A stretch of 40,437 bases of DNA. It comes from Octopus bimaculoides. Lineage: Eukaryota. The stretch is from positions 100,827,911 to 100,868,347 of the forward strand of contig NC_068981.1 in NCBI RefSeq assembly GCF_001194135.2, written 5' to 3'. The position numbers were made by a program, and so were the translations under genes. The notes under the pieces were generated by a model that was given only the letters and a program-made list of their open reading frames with translations, was not told the DNA's origin and searched no databases. Positions 12,278-24,676 of the stretch are shown piece after piece. The stretch's first letter is position 1; every line of letters begins with the position of its first letter.

Positions 12278-12590
12278 TCTATATATATAAAGATGAGAAT
12301 GTGTGTGTGTCTGTCTGTATGAATCCCTAAAACTCGAGAACTACACAACCGATTTCATACAAATTTTACACATATAGGAAATTGTGGCACAACAAGGTAC
12401 CAATTTTTGCTGGAAATAGCAGTCGATAACAGTTCGACGCGCGGTAAAGCTTCACAGAATGTATAGGGGTAAAGATATGTGCGGGCGGCGAATAAAAAAA
12501 ATCCTCTTACCTCTAAGAAGAACGCCAGAGAAATGGACAGCTTATATATATTTATAAAAGACAGATTATATTGGATGATGTAGCATAGAC
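12278..12590 (+). mobile_element. non-autonomous Helitron-like element, copy 2 of the ~205-bp repeat with its 5' end
   Basis: Starts TCtatatatataaagatgagaatgtgtgtgtgtctgtctgt..ctcgagaactacacaaccgatttcatacaaatttt, an architecture like Lep1-type non-autonomous Helitrons (5' TC, microsatellite, 'aactac..aaccgattt' motif). No 3' CTRR identified. Confidence 0.55.
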
Positions 12591-13419
12591 TCTTACTTAG
12601 GGTCCATGTAGTGTCATGGGCCACAAAACTTTTCAACTTCTTGCCTAATGTGAGCCCATATTGCAAATTTATTATGTCCAGTTACCTATCAGCATAGTGA
12701 TCATTGGCAAACTCCAGAGGTGACACTTTCATTTCCCTTTATCCCTCACGTCACACAGTTGTTAATGTTTATTTGAGCTGGATCACGCCCTTCCAATTGC
12801 TATAGATCCGTAATGCATCTTACGGCTGTGCCCATCACCTGTATGGTGAGGAATCCTACATTGGGGAGTGGGAACGACTAGGGTAGGGTAGCTGACTGCT
12901 TATAGTGAGCATTCGTCCTTTGGTTTCCTGTAGCTTTGTTCTCTTTTACAAACCCAGTGAACATACATATATTTCCGATTTCAAAGAAATTTAAACAATA
13001 GATTTAAGAACCAAGTTAAAAAGATTCCCAACAATTCAACTTCTTTGGTTGACTTTAAGACCCACCCCCAATAGGGGCCTTAACTTCCACATTTTAGAGC
13101 TCCATGTGCTCCATGTGTTCCATTTTTCAGGAACAAAAACCTTTGAATAGGTTTCATAAGATTTAGATTTTGGAATCTGGGCATAAAGATGAGTAGTATG
13201 GAATAATATGCCATGATTAGAATTTTTGTTAGGGTGTGTAAAGAGGGAAAGAACCTTCATTAAAATTCTTCGTCGGCAATTTTGATGAAATTCGAATCAT
13301 AGATATTCCAGTTCATTACAGAAAATATAAAAGAAAAGTCTAATTCTTTAATTCCATGTGACACAGGCAAAACCGGGTATTTCTGCTAGTATTTATATAA
13401 ATGTGTGTGTGTGTATAGT

Positions 13420-13493
<74 letters not shown>

Positions 13494-13849
13494 TACATAC
13501 ATATACATATATATATATAACGTGAGAGAGTTAGGGGTTGGGGGTTCAACCCACTAAGGGATAATATCTATCCAGTATACTGCTGGGAGGGTACCCAATT
13601 ATTGCTACACTAGTGCTATACTAGGTGCAATCAATGGGAGCGGGTAAAAGTGGAGGTTTTACCCAAAATTTGTGTAACAATTAGAAAATGGAGGATAATA
13701 TGCTGAATCCAATATATATATATATGTATGTGGATTAAAATAAAAAATGAAAAAGTAAAATATTTAATTTAGATAGAGAATATCCTTTTATCTATCTGTT
13801 TATATATATGCACCCACTAACCACTTTCAGCAAACACTCCCCCACTTTA

Positions 13850-14380
13850 CAAACTAGTATATATCTACTTTAGTTCATCTACCATTTTGTCTTTCCTCCA
13901 CACCATAGTATAATATTCCAATTCAACCCCAACTCATTTTCAATTCAAAAATGGAAATGATAACTTCCACTATTCCTTGCCAAGGATTATCATCAAGCAA
14001 ACTCATTTGAAACTGCTAATGGACCGTATATATAACTTTATCATTTATTTGATCATGGAACTGCGCAACACATATCAATTTTACTCTGGTCCTTCTTTCA
14101 TTTTTAACAAACTGGAATGTACTAATATCCTCGATTGGGGATATTTCTTCATTTTTACATTTATCTGACTTCTCCCTCTCTGATGACGGTATACTCAGCT
14201 TATGGAATCCTTACTCAATATAATTTATATACTTTGTTATTCGAAACAGCTGTAAGAGATATATATGTTTATATTCTCTATCTAATTAAATGTTATTTTT
14301 TCGATTAATGTTAAATACTTTGATCTTTCATTTTTTATTTTCCTCTATACCCACCCGCTCAAGGAGAAGCTACTTCTAGC
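13850..14380 (+). mobile_element. possible Penelope-like element pseudo-LTR remnant
   Basis: Inferred only from the minimal hammerhead it contains; boundaries are approximate and no RT or GIY-YIG frame was recognised. Confidence 0.35.
14176..14258 (+). ncRNA. type I minimal hammerhead ribozyme motif (probably decayed)
   Basis: Stem I ctct(14176-79)/agag(14255-58); CUGAUGA at 14180-86; imperfect stem II (ggtatac/gttattc) with a long loop; GAAAC at 14243-47; palindromic loop AGCU; GUA cleavage triplet at 14252-54. Confidence 0.62.
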
Positions 14381-14507
14381 TGCTTTCGATAGGCAGTCTC
14401 AACACCACACTTTTTAGTTGCAGTTCAAGCTGGAGTTTTAGTGGTAAACCAAACTGAGCACCCATAGTACATTTACGTCAGTTGACGGAAACTCCTTGTA
14501 TGTATGT

Positions 14508-14615
<108 letters not shown>

Positions 14616-14781
14616 GCACATATATGTATTGTGTAAGTGCGTGTATGTATTACTGAATCTAGTTGCATCGTAACGTTTACATCTGAAACAGCAACAACAT
14701 CAACAATAATAAAATCAAATCTGATTTTTATAAATTAAATAATATTTCGTTTTTATTTCTTTTTAAAAATGATAATAATAA

Positions 14782-14991
14782 TGGTTTCAAATAATTGGCA
14801 CAAGGCCAATAATTTTAGTGGAAAGAATTTAAGACGATTTTATCGACTCCAGTACTTTATTTTATCGACTCCGTTAATATGAAAGCAAAAGTTGACATCG
14901 GCGGGATTTGAGCCTCGAACGTATAGAACAGTAAGAAATGCCGCTAAGCATTTTGACTGGTGTCCTAACGATTCAGCTAGCTCACCGCCTT
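14782..14991 (-). mobile_element. tRNA-derived SINE family A
   Basis: Minus strand begins aggcggtgagctagctgaatcgttagg (A-box-like) with a B-box-like ctcaaatcccgccg; body as in the 33335 copy. Confidence 0.8.
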
Positions 14992-15308
14992 GAAAATTAT
15001 GCAGATGATGAGGATGATGATGATAATGATGATGATGATGATGATAATGATAATGATGATGATGATGATGATAATAATAATAATAACAACAACAACAACA
15101 AAGAAAATGTTAAAAATGAGCTGGTGTATTTCATTCTTTCTTTCTCCTCCTCTTTTTCTTAATGTTTAAGTGAAAACAAATTCTGTTTGACATTAGTTGC
15201 CCTGAGTGACATAGCAGCTGGCACGAATAAAATTCGAACGAGATCAATAAAAATAAAAATAGTAAAAAACAAACGAACAGTAACTAAAAAGTTTATATAT
15301 ATATGTGT

Positions 15309-15339
<31 letters not shown>

Positions 15340-15487
15340 CACATACATACATACATACATATCCATGGTGGTTGGATGTTAATATAATTTGTATGTTGTT
15401 TGACGATGCCATCTGCTATTCTAAACTTGCTATTTTCAATTGCTTTTTTTCGTCTTATGTGGATATATATAAAAATATGTTTATACG

Positions 15488-15489
<2 letters not shown>

Positions 15490-15518
<29 letters not shown>

Positions 15519-15538
15519 TAATAATAATAATAATGATG

Positions 15539-15608
<70 letters not shown>

Positions 15609-15635
15609 TAATAATAATAATAATAATAATAATAA
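15490..15635. repeat. (AAT)n microsatellite with GAT/AAC interruptions
   Basis: Seen directly; related (GAT)n/(AAT)n tracts at ~15005-15100, 15785-15870, 19855-19970, 21345-21425 and 23655-23725. Confidence 0.95.
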
Positions 15636-15785
15636 AGTTAGAAAATACAATGTTATAACAACGTTATAAAAAAGCTAAAGTAGAAAAATATTAAAACAAA
15701 TGAAATGATCATTTGATAACGTGAGTTATAATGACAATAAATAATGGCGTATTGTGATGGATCTTTGAGACTGAATGAGAAAATA

Positions 15786-15819
<34 letters not shown>

Positions 15820-16323
15820 CTACTATTACTAATGATGCTGCTGATGATGAGGAGGATGAGGAGGATGATTATCTGTGAGAATATAAATATTTGAGGACTT
15901 AGTTTTCTTGTTTCTGGATTTCTTTCCTATCTTGAATTATTAGAGATCATTTTAAAGGGCATAATCGATACATCACATTACGATTTCTCAAATACTTGCT
16001 GGGTAAATGCAAGACAAAACAAAGGCATACGCTCTTATATATGAGAAGAGAGAGGGGGGGGGGAGAAAAGAGAGAGAGAACATTTTTTTAAATGTAAAAA
16101 TAACAATATAAAACAGTACATCAAATTAATGTTTGATCATATACAGCGTTGTGGCCGCATAGACGAAGAGTTATATATCTTTAAATAAATTTGAGTGATG
16201 TTTCTCAGTCCGTTACGTTTTTATATTCGTTAACTCTTCCTAGACCGTTGGTGCAAGGACAACGAAACTCAAACCAGAAACTCCCCTAATCCCAGGGAAT
16301 GTCCTGAAGGGGCCTATTTTTTT

Positions 16324-16490
16324 AAGGGCCGCGTAATTGGGGCCCCACTGAACCCCATTTTAAACAAAATATATGGCATTGGTGACCAAATCGGAGCAAT
16401 GACAATGGATTTCAGACCATGAACTCCTAGGGAGTATTGTAAGGAGGTTCAATTTCTGAAAGGCCGCTTAAATGGGACCCCACTGACCCC
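16324..16490. repeat. GC-rich ~32-bp direct repeat pair inside a probable DNA-transposon remnant
   Basis: aagggccgcgtaattggggccccactgaacccc (16324-16356) and aaggccgcttaaatgggaccccactgacccc (16460-16490); termini not identified. Confidence 0.45.
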
Positions 16491-17142
16491 TTATTTTTTA
16501 TTGCATTTACCTCGCTCCTACGTTTATTGATTAAACTATGATCAGCATCAGTGTTTAGCACATTTGCGGAAATAAGTTTGGGCATTCTAAATACCTTCAC
16601 GTACATTCAAATCGAGATAAAGAGTTATAAGAGGTACGTTTCAAGTGTCGTAGTATGGATATTTATATTTTGTAGTTTATGAAACTTATGTGTAGGTGAA
16701 AAACTAATCTTTTTGTTCTGGTTACAGTACCTCCCTAAAGATTTGTAATAGTAGATAGAATGAGACCGAGATGAAATGGATCCTATTCATTTTATCTCAA
16801 TCCCATTTTAATATTTTTTCGGAAATGGTGAAGTGATGGAAAAATTATGATAGTTGTGATAGTCATACATTTCACTTGCTTAGTACGAATGGAGGTTCAA
16901 GTCTAAAAATATGAAGTGAATTAATTAATACGGTGAGTTTGGAAGCACATACAACTCCGTGAAAATGTTGTAAATTTTCATCGTCAGAATAAAATAAGAA
17001 AAAAANNNNNNNNNNNNNNNNNNNNNNNNNNNNNNNNNNNNNNNNNNNNNNNNNNNNNNNNNNNNNNNNNNNNNNNNNNNNNNNNNNNNNNNNNNNNNNN
17101 NNNNNNNNNNNNNNNNNNNNNNNNNTATATATATATATATAT

Positions 17143-17187
<45 letters not shown>

Positions 17188-17577
17188 ACTTACTTGGAAA
17201 CAGATGTGTGGCGTTCGATCATATAATATAAATAATATATAAATATATGCATATATCCATACATATATGTACATACCTACATTATATGTATGTATACATA
17301 CATGATGTCCTGTACCCATATATGCATGTATGTATACATATAGATGTAGGTATGTACATATATGTATGGATATATGCATATATTTATATATCATTTATAT
17401 TATATATATATATATAAGATTAACCTTTCTGGTAATTTTTCCCATATTAATGATTAGACGATTGCAAACCGTATCGATATGATTTGTAAACATCTAACCA
17501 TTAATTTTGGAAAAAAAATTATATTTTTCAAATATATAATACTGTATCAAGGACTTCCTATTTCTTTCTAATTCTAC

Positions 17578-17727
<150 letters not shown>

Positions 17728-18086
17728 CATACATACATACATAATCGCACTCACACACGCATAAACGCTGGTACAGTTGATGATAGCAGAAATTATGAGA
17801 TGATGATGATGATGACGATAAAAAAATGATAATGATGACAATAGTGGTGGTGATGCTAAGTGTAATGATGTTAACAATTACAAAATAGCTGGTGATAATT
17901 ACAATTAACAAAGCATAAGTTGTTCTGCCTAGATACGATGTATAAAGTTTCCTAGAAAACTTGGGGTATAAACGACTAAATATCTCTATGTGACTAGTAC
18001 TCATTGCTGCTTAAATTTCATTTAACTTAGATGTGACATAGAGGAAAAGATGACATCGGCGGGTTCGTTAAGCAAGTTTAGACTAG

Positions 18087-18535
18087 ATATTGTAATCCTG
18101 TCTTTTCGAACGTCAATTCGAAATCGAGAAAAGGGCGTGAGATCACATAATGTAATGCTGTTTCAGTGAAGTTCATTTTGAAACAAAAAGGGATAGCGTG
18201 TTGAGATCACGTATTGTAATGCTGTCTCAGCAAACTTTACTTTGAAACCATGAAGCGGGCGTGAGATCACATTGTATTGCTGTCTCAGCGAACGTCAATT
18301 TAAAGTTTAAAATGGGAGATCACATATTGCAATGCTGTCTCAATGAACTTCACTTTACAACTAAAAGAGTTTAAAGGTGAATGAGATCAATTAGTGTAAT
18401 ACTAACTCAGCGAAGGTAAATTTGAAACTAAAAATGATGGGGGAAGATCACATCGTAAGGCTATCTCAGCGAACTTTCCTTTGAAACTAAGACGAGTGAA
18501 ACTAGTTCGATTAATACCGTCTCAGTAGAATTCAC
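18087..18535 (+). repeat. degenerate ~60-bp tandem array (6 clear units plus 2 partial)
   Basis: The core (g)agatca recurs at 18139, 18203, 18263, 18316, 18383 and 18444 (spacing 64, 60, 53, 67, 61). Consensus is approximately gagatcacatattgtaatgctgtctcagcgaacttcactttgaaac plus a variable A/G-rich linker. Confidence 0.9.
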
Positions 18536-18837
18536 TGTCCTTATTAATTATATTAAATTTATTACTTTTGACGAGACGCGATCGATTTTTTCGAGGGAAG
18601 GGAGATGAAGTCGACTGAATAAACTCGAACATAATACTGGTTTTTATTTTATCGATCACGGTAGGACTGCGGTCTAAATAGTTTTCTTTATTTAGCTTCG
18701 TCATTTTATGTTAAAATTCCACCAGATCGATAAAAGAAGCAGTAGCGAGCGAACTCGAGAGCCTCGATTTGGTCGTCCGACTTGCAAAGGAACGGCGTAT
18801 TGCATAACACACACACACACACACACACACATACACT

Positions 18838-18945
18838 ATGTGGCAGGCTTCCATAGAATTTCGGTCTCACAAATTTCTACGTTCGGACTTATTCGAGACT
18901 ACGAACAGAACGCACTTAAGGTTCTGGTGGCAGTGTTTGTGGTGT
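18838..18945 (-). mobile_element. highly decayed SINE family B head
   Basis: ggcaggcttccatagaatttcggtctcacaaattt..gagactac..agaacgcactt..aaggt..ggcagtg resembles the reverse complement of the family B head. Confidence 0.4.
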
Positions 18946-18958
18946 GTGTATGTGTGTA

Positions 18959-19004
<46 letters not shown>

Positions 19005-19166
19005 GGGATGGGGTGGTGGTCAAACCCAGAATCAAGTAGTTGTGAAGTGAACTTTTCTATCACATAGCCTGCCCGCGGCTATATACATACATCCACTCCC
19101 TCACACGCACACAGACATGTGTGTAAGAGTGTGAGTAAGAGTGTGAGAAAGAGGGGGAGAGAGAGA

Positions 19167-19222
<56 letters not shown>

Positions 19223-19391
19223 AAGTACTTGTGTGGACAATGTTTGAGTATGTGTGTGCTCATGTGAATAAGAAGACATGAAGCCGATTGTATGAAAAAA
19301 TTATGGGTGCAGAGTGAACAAAAAAGGCCAGTCCAAAATTGCACTGTAGCTAATTAGCTGGATTGTCTTGACTTCCTCTACGAACACGTTG

Positions 19392-19446
<55 letters not shown>

Positions 19447-19677
19447 TATCTGACGACAGTCTATGACACTATAGCACTACATAGAAGGAGAGGACAGGAA
19501 GTGTACATTTATGTCTCCACGGACATAAAACTAATGATTTAATTGGTACAAAATTACGCATGCTGGAACTGAGAGTTGACGGTAACAGGTTCAGAATTTC
19601 TTTTTCAAATACAATGAAAGTATTACCGATGCTTTCTATCATAATTCTATTCACATTTAGTATGCATTAATGGAATA

Positions 19678-19829
19678 TAGATCAACTATTAGTACTTGGC
19701 CTCATCGACATTGGTGGTATGAAAGGCAAAGTTGACTTCAGTGGAATTTGCGCTCAGAACGTAAGAAGCTGCAACACATACTGCAGATCATTTTGTTCAA
19801 TGCTCTTACGATTTCTGCCAACCCACCAT
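19678..19829 (-). mobile_element. SINE family A, decayed
   Basis: atgaaaggcaaagttgacttcagtggaatttg..ctcagaacgtaaga..tttctgcca matches family A. Confidence 0.7.
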
Positions 19830-19884
19830 TCTCTGTTGCTGAGGACAACAACAATAACGACAATTTTAATAGCAATGATGATGA

Positions 19885-19932
<48 letters not shown>

Positions 19933-21061
19933 ATTAGCGACGATCATGTTGATGATGATCGTGATGTTGAATGTCATCTTTGTCTAAAAGTGGGAGGTGA
20001 AATATGACTCAAGTCAAGCGACATTAAAAGTTCTGAACATTTCCTTTGGTCGACATTTGGAATTTGCAAACTAACGCTAGTATCATGAATTGAATCGCTC
20101 TACCTCACTTCATTCTATATTGCAGACACATTTAGTTAACTATCGACGCTTCCTTTCCGCAAAACAAGTGAATCGAAAGTCAAGATTGACACCCACAACG
20201 AAGTACAAAACTGTGAAAATATTAAAGCATTTTGATCGCAGCCATCTTCTTGTCATGGTCATGTTCATTGTTGCGTGCGATAACAGCAAAGATGACAGCA
20301 TCTGCACAAAACAGAGCAGATGGAATTAATTCTAGTGCACATCTGATTCTTATTTTACCGAACTCTGATAATGGTTGTTGGAGTACGGTGATGGAAGACA
20401 AATTCGACTCCTGGTCTTTAGCCAGTTTCTGGTCTGCTGTTTCTTCAACTCGGCTGTTCTATGTGTTTTTTACTGATGATAATTTCCAACATTTTATTCA
20501 AGGTAACATACAACGTCAACGTGGGAAATTGCATCGACAGTTGGTCGATGACGTAAAACAATGCACAAGCGAATAGCTTATATAGATAGCACTAATGGGA
20601 ACTATTCTAAACCGATTTAAGTAGTGAGAGCCTATCAAAGAAATAATCAAACTCGTTCGTTGCCCTGATGAACATACAATGTATCATGATAATAACGATT
20701 TCTTTAGAGAAACATGCATAACTCTTTGAAGGAAGTCGAATGTAATCACTTGACACTGATATTTATTTCAGTGGACTCAAACGAGGATCAATAAAAGGTG
20801 GAGTCATAACCCTGGACAGGATTTGCACTTAGATTGTAGAAGCTACTCAGTGGCCTGTTTAGTTCGGCTGTTTAGCTATCTTATCTCAATTGTTTGTGCT
20901 GATAATAACGAGTGCTCTCATTTGTACAAAGTCACATACATTGTAAAGGAAGGGCAGCATAGTCAATATTTCTCTCTCTTTCAGTCACTCACTCACTCTC
21001 TCCCTCTCTCTCCCTCTCTCTCCCTCTCTGTCTCTCTCTTTACACACATCTTGTATATTCT

Positions 21062-21273
21062 TTTCTACTCTAAGCACAAGGCCCGAAATTTTTGGGGAGG
21101 GGGGGGCAGTAGATTAGATCAACCTCAGTACGCAACTGGTACTTAATTTATCGACCCCGAAAGGATGAAAGGCAAAGTCGACCTCGGCGGAATTTAAACT
21201 CAGAACGTAAAGACAGATGAAATAGCACTAAGCACTTCGCCCGGCGTGCTAACGTTTCTGCCAGCTCGCCGCT
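21062..21273 (-). mobile_element. tRNA-derived SINE family A, well preserved
   Basis: Minus strand gcggcgagctggcagaaacgttagcacgccgggcgaagtgcttag..gagtttaaattccgccgaggtcgactttgcctttcatcctttcggggtcgataaattaagtaccag; near-identical to the head of the 33335 copy. Confidence 0.88.
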
Positions 21274-21373
21274 TTACACACATCTTGTATATTACTACTA
21301 CTAATGGGCAAGTCAACCTGCTATGACGTAAATCCACACGACGACGACGGCGATGATGATGACGATGATGATG

Positions 21374-21405
<32 letters not shown>

Positions 21406-22037
21406 GATTACAACAATAATAATGACAATGAGAACGACATTCGAGAGCAGTGAAGAAAATGCTGGCCACATAGAAGATTATAATGGCGAAGATGACGAAA
21501 ATGGTTGCTAAATAACTAGAAACTGTTAATTTTGGTATTATGATTATTACGGGAAGAATAATAACATTTTTTTGGTTAGTTTCGTATTCAAAACAATTTT
21601 AGAGGAAGTGACAGTACAGGTGGTAGTGAGAGAAAGGGTGATGGGGCAGTGGTGATAATGTTAGTGATGGTATTTGTAGTGATGATACTGATGATGGAAG
21701 TGGGCGCCATGGAGGATCGTCTGCGTTTGGCGATTTCCGTTTAGCACCGATCATGGATTCCAAGTAACGCATTTAGACATACATATATGAAGGAAAGTTT
21801 AAGTCGACCATTTTCGTAGGTAAAAATATAAAGCAAAATACTATATTGCTTATAATAAAATAAAATAAACGTTTATACACACAAACACACATATACATAT
21901 ATATATGTATATACACGCGCACGCGCATATATGCAATCATGTACTTATATGTAGGTGTCTATATATGTTCAATATGAGATCGATTATACATCTGTATGTA
22001 TGTATGTATGGTGTATGGGTGTGTGTCTTTGTGCTAG

Positions 22038-22082
<45 letters not shown>

Positions 22083-23503
22083 GCATACATGTGTCACATG
22101 AGATCATTTTATATTGATACTGTTTAACCAAACCTTCTTTAGCCCACTGCTCCAGAATGACCTACGTAACTTATGGAGACACAACTGTCCCTCACTAGTA
22201 CGATTTATAAACATTGCCGTTCAGTAAATTTTTATACTGGTATTAATTTGATACTGATCATTCCATAGTTTATAAGTTTTGGTGGGCGCAGAAGTGGTTG
22301 CTTCTTTTCATTTTTACCAGTACACATGCACGCACGCACATGCATTTTATAGGTACTCAGAAATAACTATGCATACATGTGTGTATGTGTGTGTGTGTGT
22401 ATGTGTGTGTATGTGTGTATGTGAGTATATGAGTATATGCGTGTGCGTGCGTGTGTGTGTGTGCTCTTATGAAAGATAGGATAAAATAAAATACGAACTT
22501 TCAAAACTGTGCCCTTTTCTCTCTCTCTCTCTCTCTCTCTTTGTGTGTGTGTGTGTGTGTGTGTGTGTATAAATACATACATACATATATGTATGTCTGT
22601 ATTTCATTCCCTTTTACTTCCTCTCTCTCTCTTTTCTCTTCTCTCTTTTCTTTTTAATAGCTTAACTTAGGAATTCATAATCTTGACTGAGGTTGGATTT
22701 CCAAACAATAATAAAATATATATATATATATAAATATAGACAAAATAAAAAAAAATCACTTAGACATTGGCTGTAATAGAAGCGTGCAACACCTTTTTTT
22801 TCTTTTTCTTTTGATTTAGTTAACAGCTTCTATATCGACTAGAGTTTTTTGGTNNNNNNNNNNNNNNNNNNNNNNNNNNNNNNNNNNNNNNNNNNNNNNN
22901 NNNNNNNNNNNNNNNNNNNNNNNNNNNNNNNNNNNNNNNNNNNNNNNNNNNNNNNNNNNNNNNNNNNNNNNNNNNNNNNNNNNNNNNNNNNNNNNNNNNN
23001 NNNNNNNNNNNNNNNNNNNNNNNNNNNNNNNNNNNNNNNNNNNNNNNNNNNNNNNNNNNNNNNNNNNNNNNNNNNNNNNNNNNNNNNNNNNNNNNNNNNN
23101 NNNNNNNNNNNNNNNNNNNNNNNNNNNNNNNNNNNNNNNNNNNNNNNNNNNNNNNNNNNNNNNNNNNNNNNNNNNNNNNNNNNNNNNNNNNNNNNNNNNN
23201 NNNNNNNNNNNNNNNNNNNNNNNNNNNNNNNNNNNNNNNNNNNNNNNNNNNNNNNNNNNNNNNNNNNNNNNNNNNNNNNNNNNNNNNNNNNNNNNNNNNN
23301 NNNNNNNNNNNNNNNNNNNNNNNNNNNNNNNNNNNNNCTTTCATATTCTGACAGTCATTTAGGACTACATTATCCACTGTGATCCTCCGATAAGGTCAGA
23401 ATTAAAAAAGGCAGTTGGCTGCATGCATGAGTCGTTGTATTTCTTCCGCATGCATGAATATAAGTTGTCATAAAAACTCTGAAGTTTTTCTTTCGGAGAA
23501 TTG

Positions 23504-23509
23504 TTTATT
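23504..23509 (-). terminator. candidate polyadenylation signal (AATAAA) for snail
   Basis: AATAAA on the minus strand ~1.17 kb after the stop, with a T-rich stretch ~25-30 nt downstream. Another AATAAA at 23863-23858 lacks a clear downstream element. No transcript evidence. Confidence 0.3.
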
Positions 23510-23794
23510 TACTTAAATATTCAGTCGAGACTGTTTTTGCATGGCGAAAATTATGAAGTGGACCTTGTACTTTTCGCTCCTGTCTGTACTTAGTACAACT
23601 TCAGCAAATATTCTACTGAGATGGCAGCGTTGAGGATGAGGCATATGTTCATGATAATGAATAATGATGAAGATGAAGATAATGATGATGAAGATAATGA
23701 TAATGATGATGACGACGATGATGATTCTGTAATGTCGTTTATATTAAGTTCATCAACACAACCTCCGAAATACTTCAGATATTTAAATCTTAGA

Positions 23795-23830
<36 letters not shown>

Positions 23831-24142
23831 TTTGGTTAGGATATTGCACATCTCTCCTTTATTTTTTGACTATGCTTACCATGATTTTATGTTTGTGTAG
23901 TGATCTGTCTACATGCCTTCACTATTTGTCTGTCAGTCTGTTAGTCTGTCTGTCTCTGTTTCTCTGTCTCTGTCTGTCTCTCTCTCCCTCTCTTTTTCAA
24001 TCTATCTATTTAGGAGTGTGTATTTGTCTTTGTGTATCTTTATGTGTCTGTGTTTATATGTTTGTACAAGTCTGTCTAATGTAATAAATACATAAATGTC
24101 TTTTGACTTCTCTCGCTGTATTGCAATATTANNNNNNNNNNA

Positions 24143-24188
<46 letters not shown>

Positions 24189-24577
24189 TGCCTGTGAACA
24201 TCGCAGGGTCGTATACACGTTCATAAATATTTATACATATACGGAAGAAAATATGTGCATATGTACACTCACATACATTAGCATTTATATATTGCTTTGT
24301 TCAGGAAACATTTAGTTTCCAATATTATTCATTTTTTAACGAGATCTTGAAAGTTAGTTAATGATATTGGGATATTTTTGAGCAGGTTCAAGACTCCCAA
24401 TTTAAACGGGAGTGGGAAATTGGACATTGTAGTGGGTATGTTTTTCTCATTAGCATTGTTAGAGTAAGTGAAGTGAGATTACTTCAACCACGTATCAGAA
24501 CCAGTTCAATGGCGGATTTGGTTGGCCGGGTATTTACTTCTTTCTCTAAGGAACTCACCACAAACGAGGCAATAATA

Positions 24578-24640
24578 TTCTTTCATTCTTTTACTTGTTT
24601 CAGTCATCTGACTGCGGCCATGCTGGAGCACCACCTTGAA
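24578..24640 (-). mobile_element. 3' tail fragment of SINE family B in the presumed snail 3' UTR
   Basis: Minus strand ttcaaggtggtgctccagcatggccgcagtcagatgactgaaacaagtaaaagaatgaaaga matches 30332-30396 (ttcaagctggtgccccagcatgactgcagcgtaatgactaaaataagtaaaa). Confidence 0.75.
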
Positions 24641-24676
24641 TACATTAATTTTTTTTTTTTTTTTCACATGAAGATT

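Noticed and set aside
18087-18535. CRISPR-like look of the repeat-linker array
   Set aside because: Eukaryotic context, degenerate repeats, short A-rich linkers rather than unique ~30-nt spacers, and no cas genes.
20660-20725. ctgatga...gaaac pair
   Set aside because: No stem II, no GUH triplet and no stem I, so not a hammerhead.
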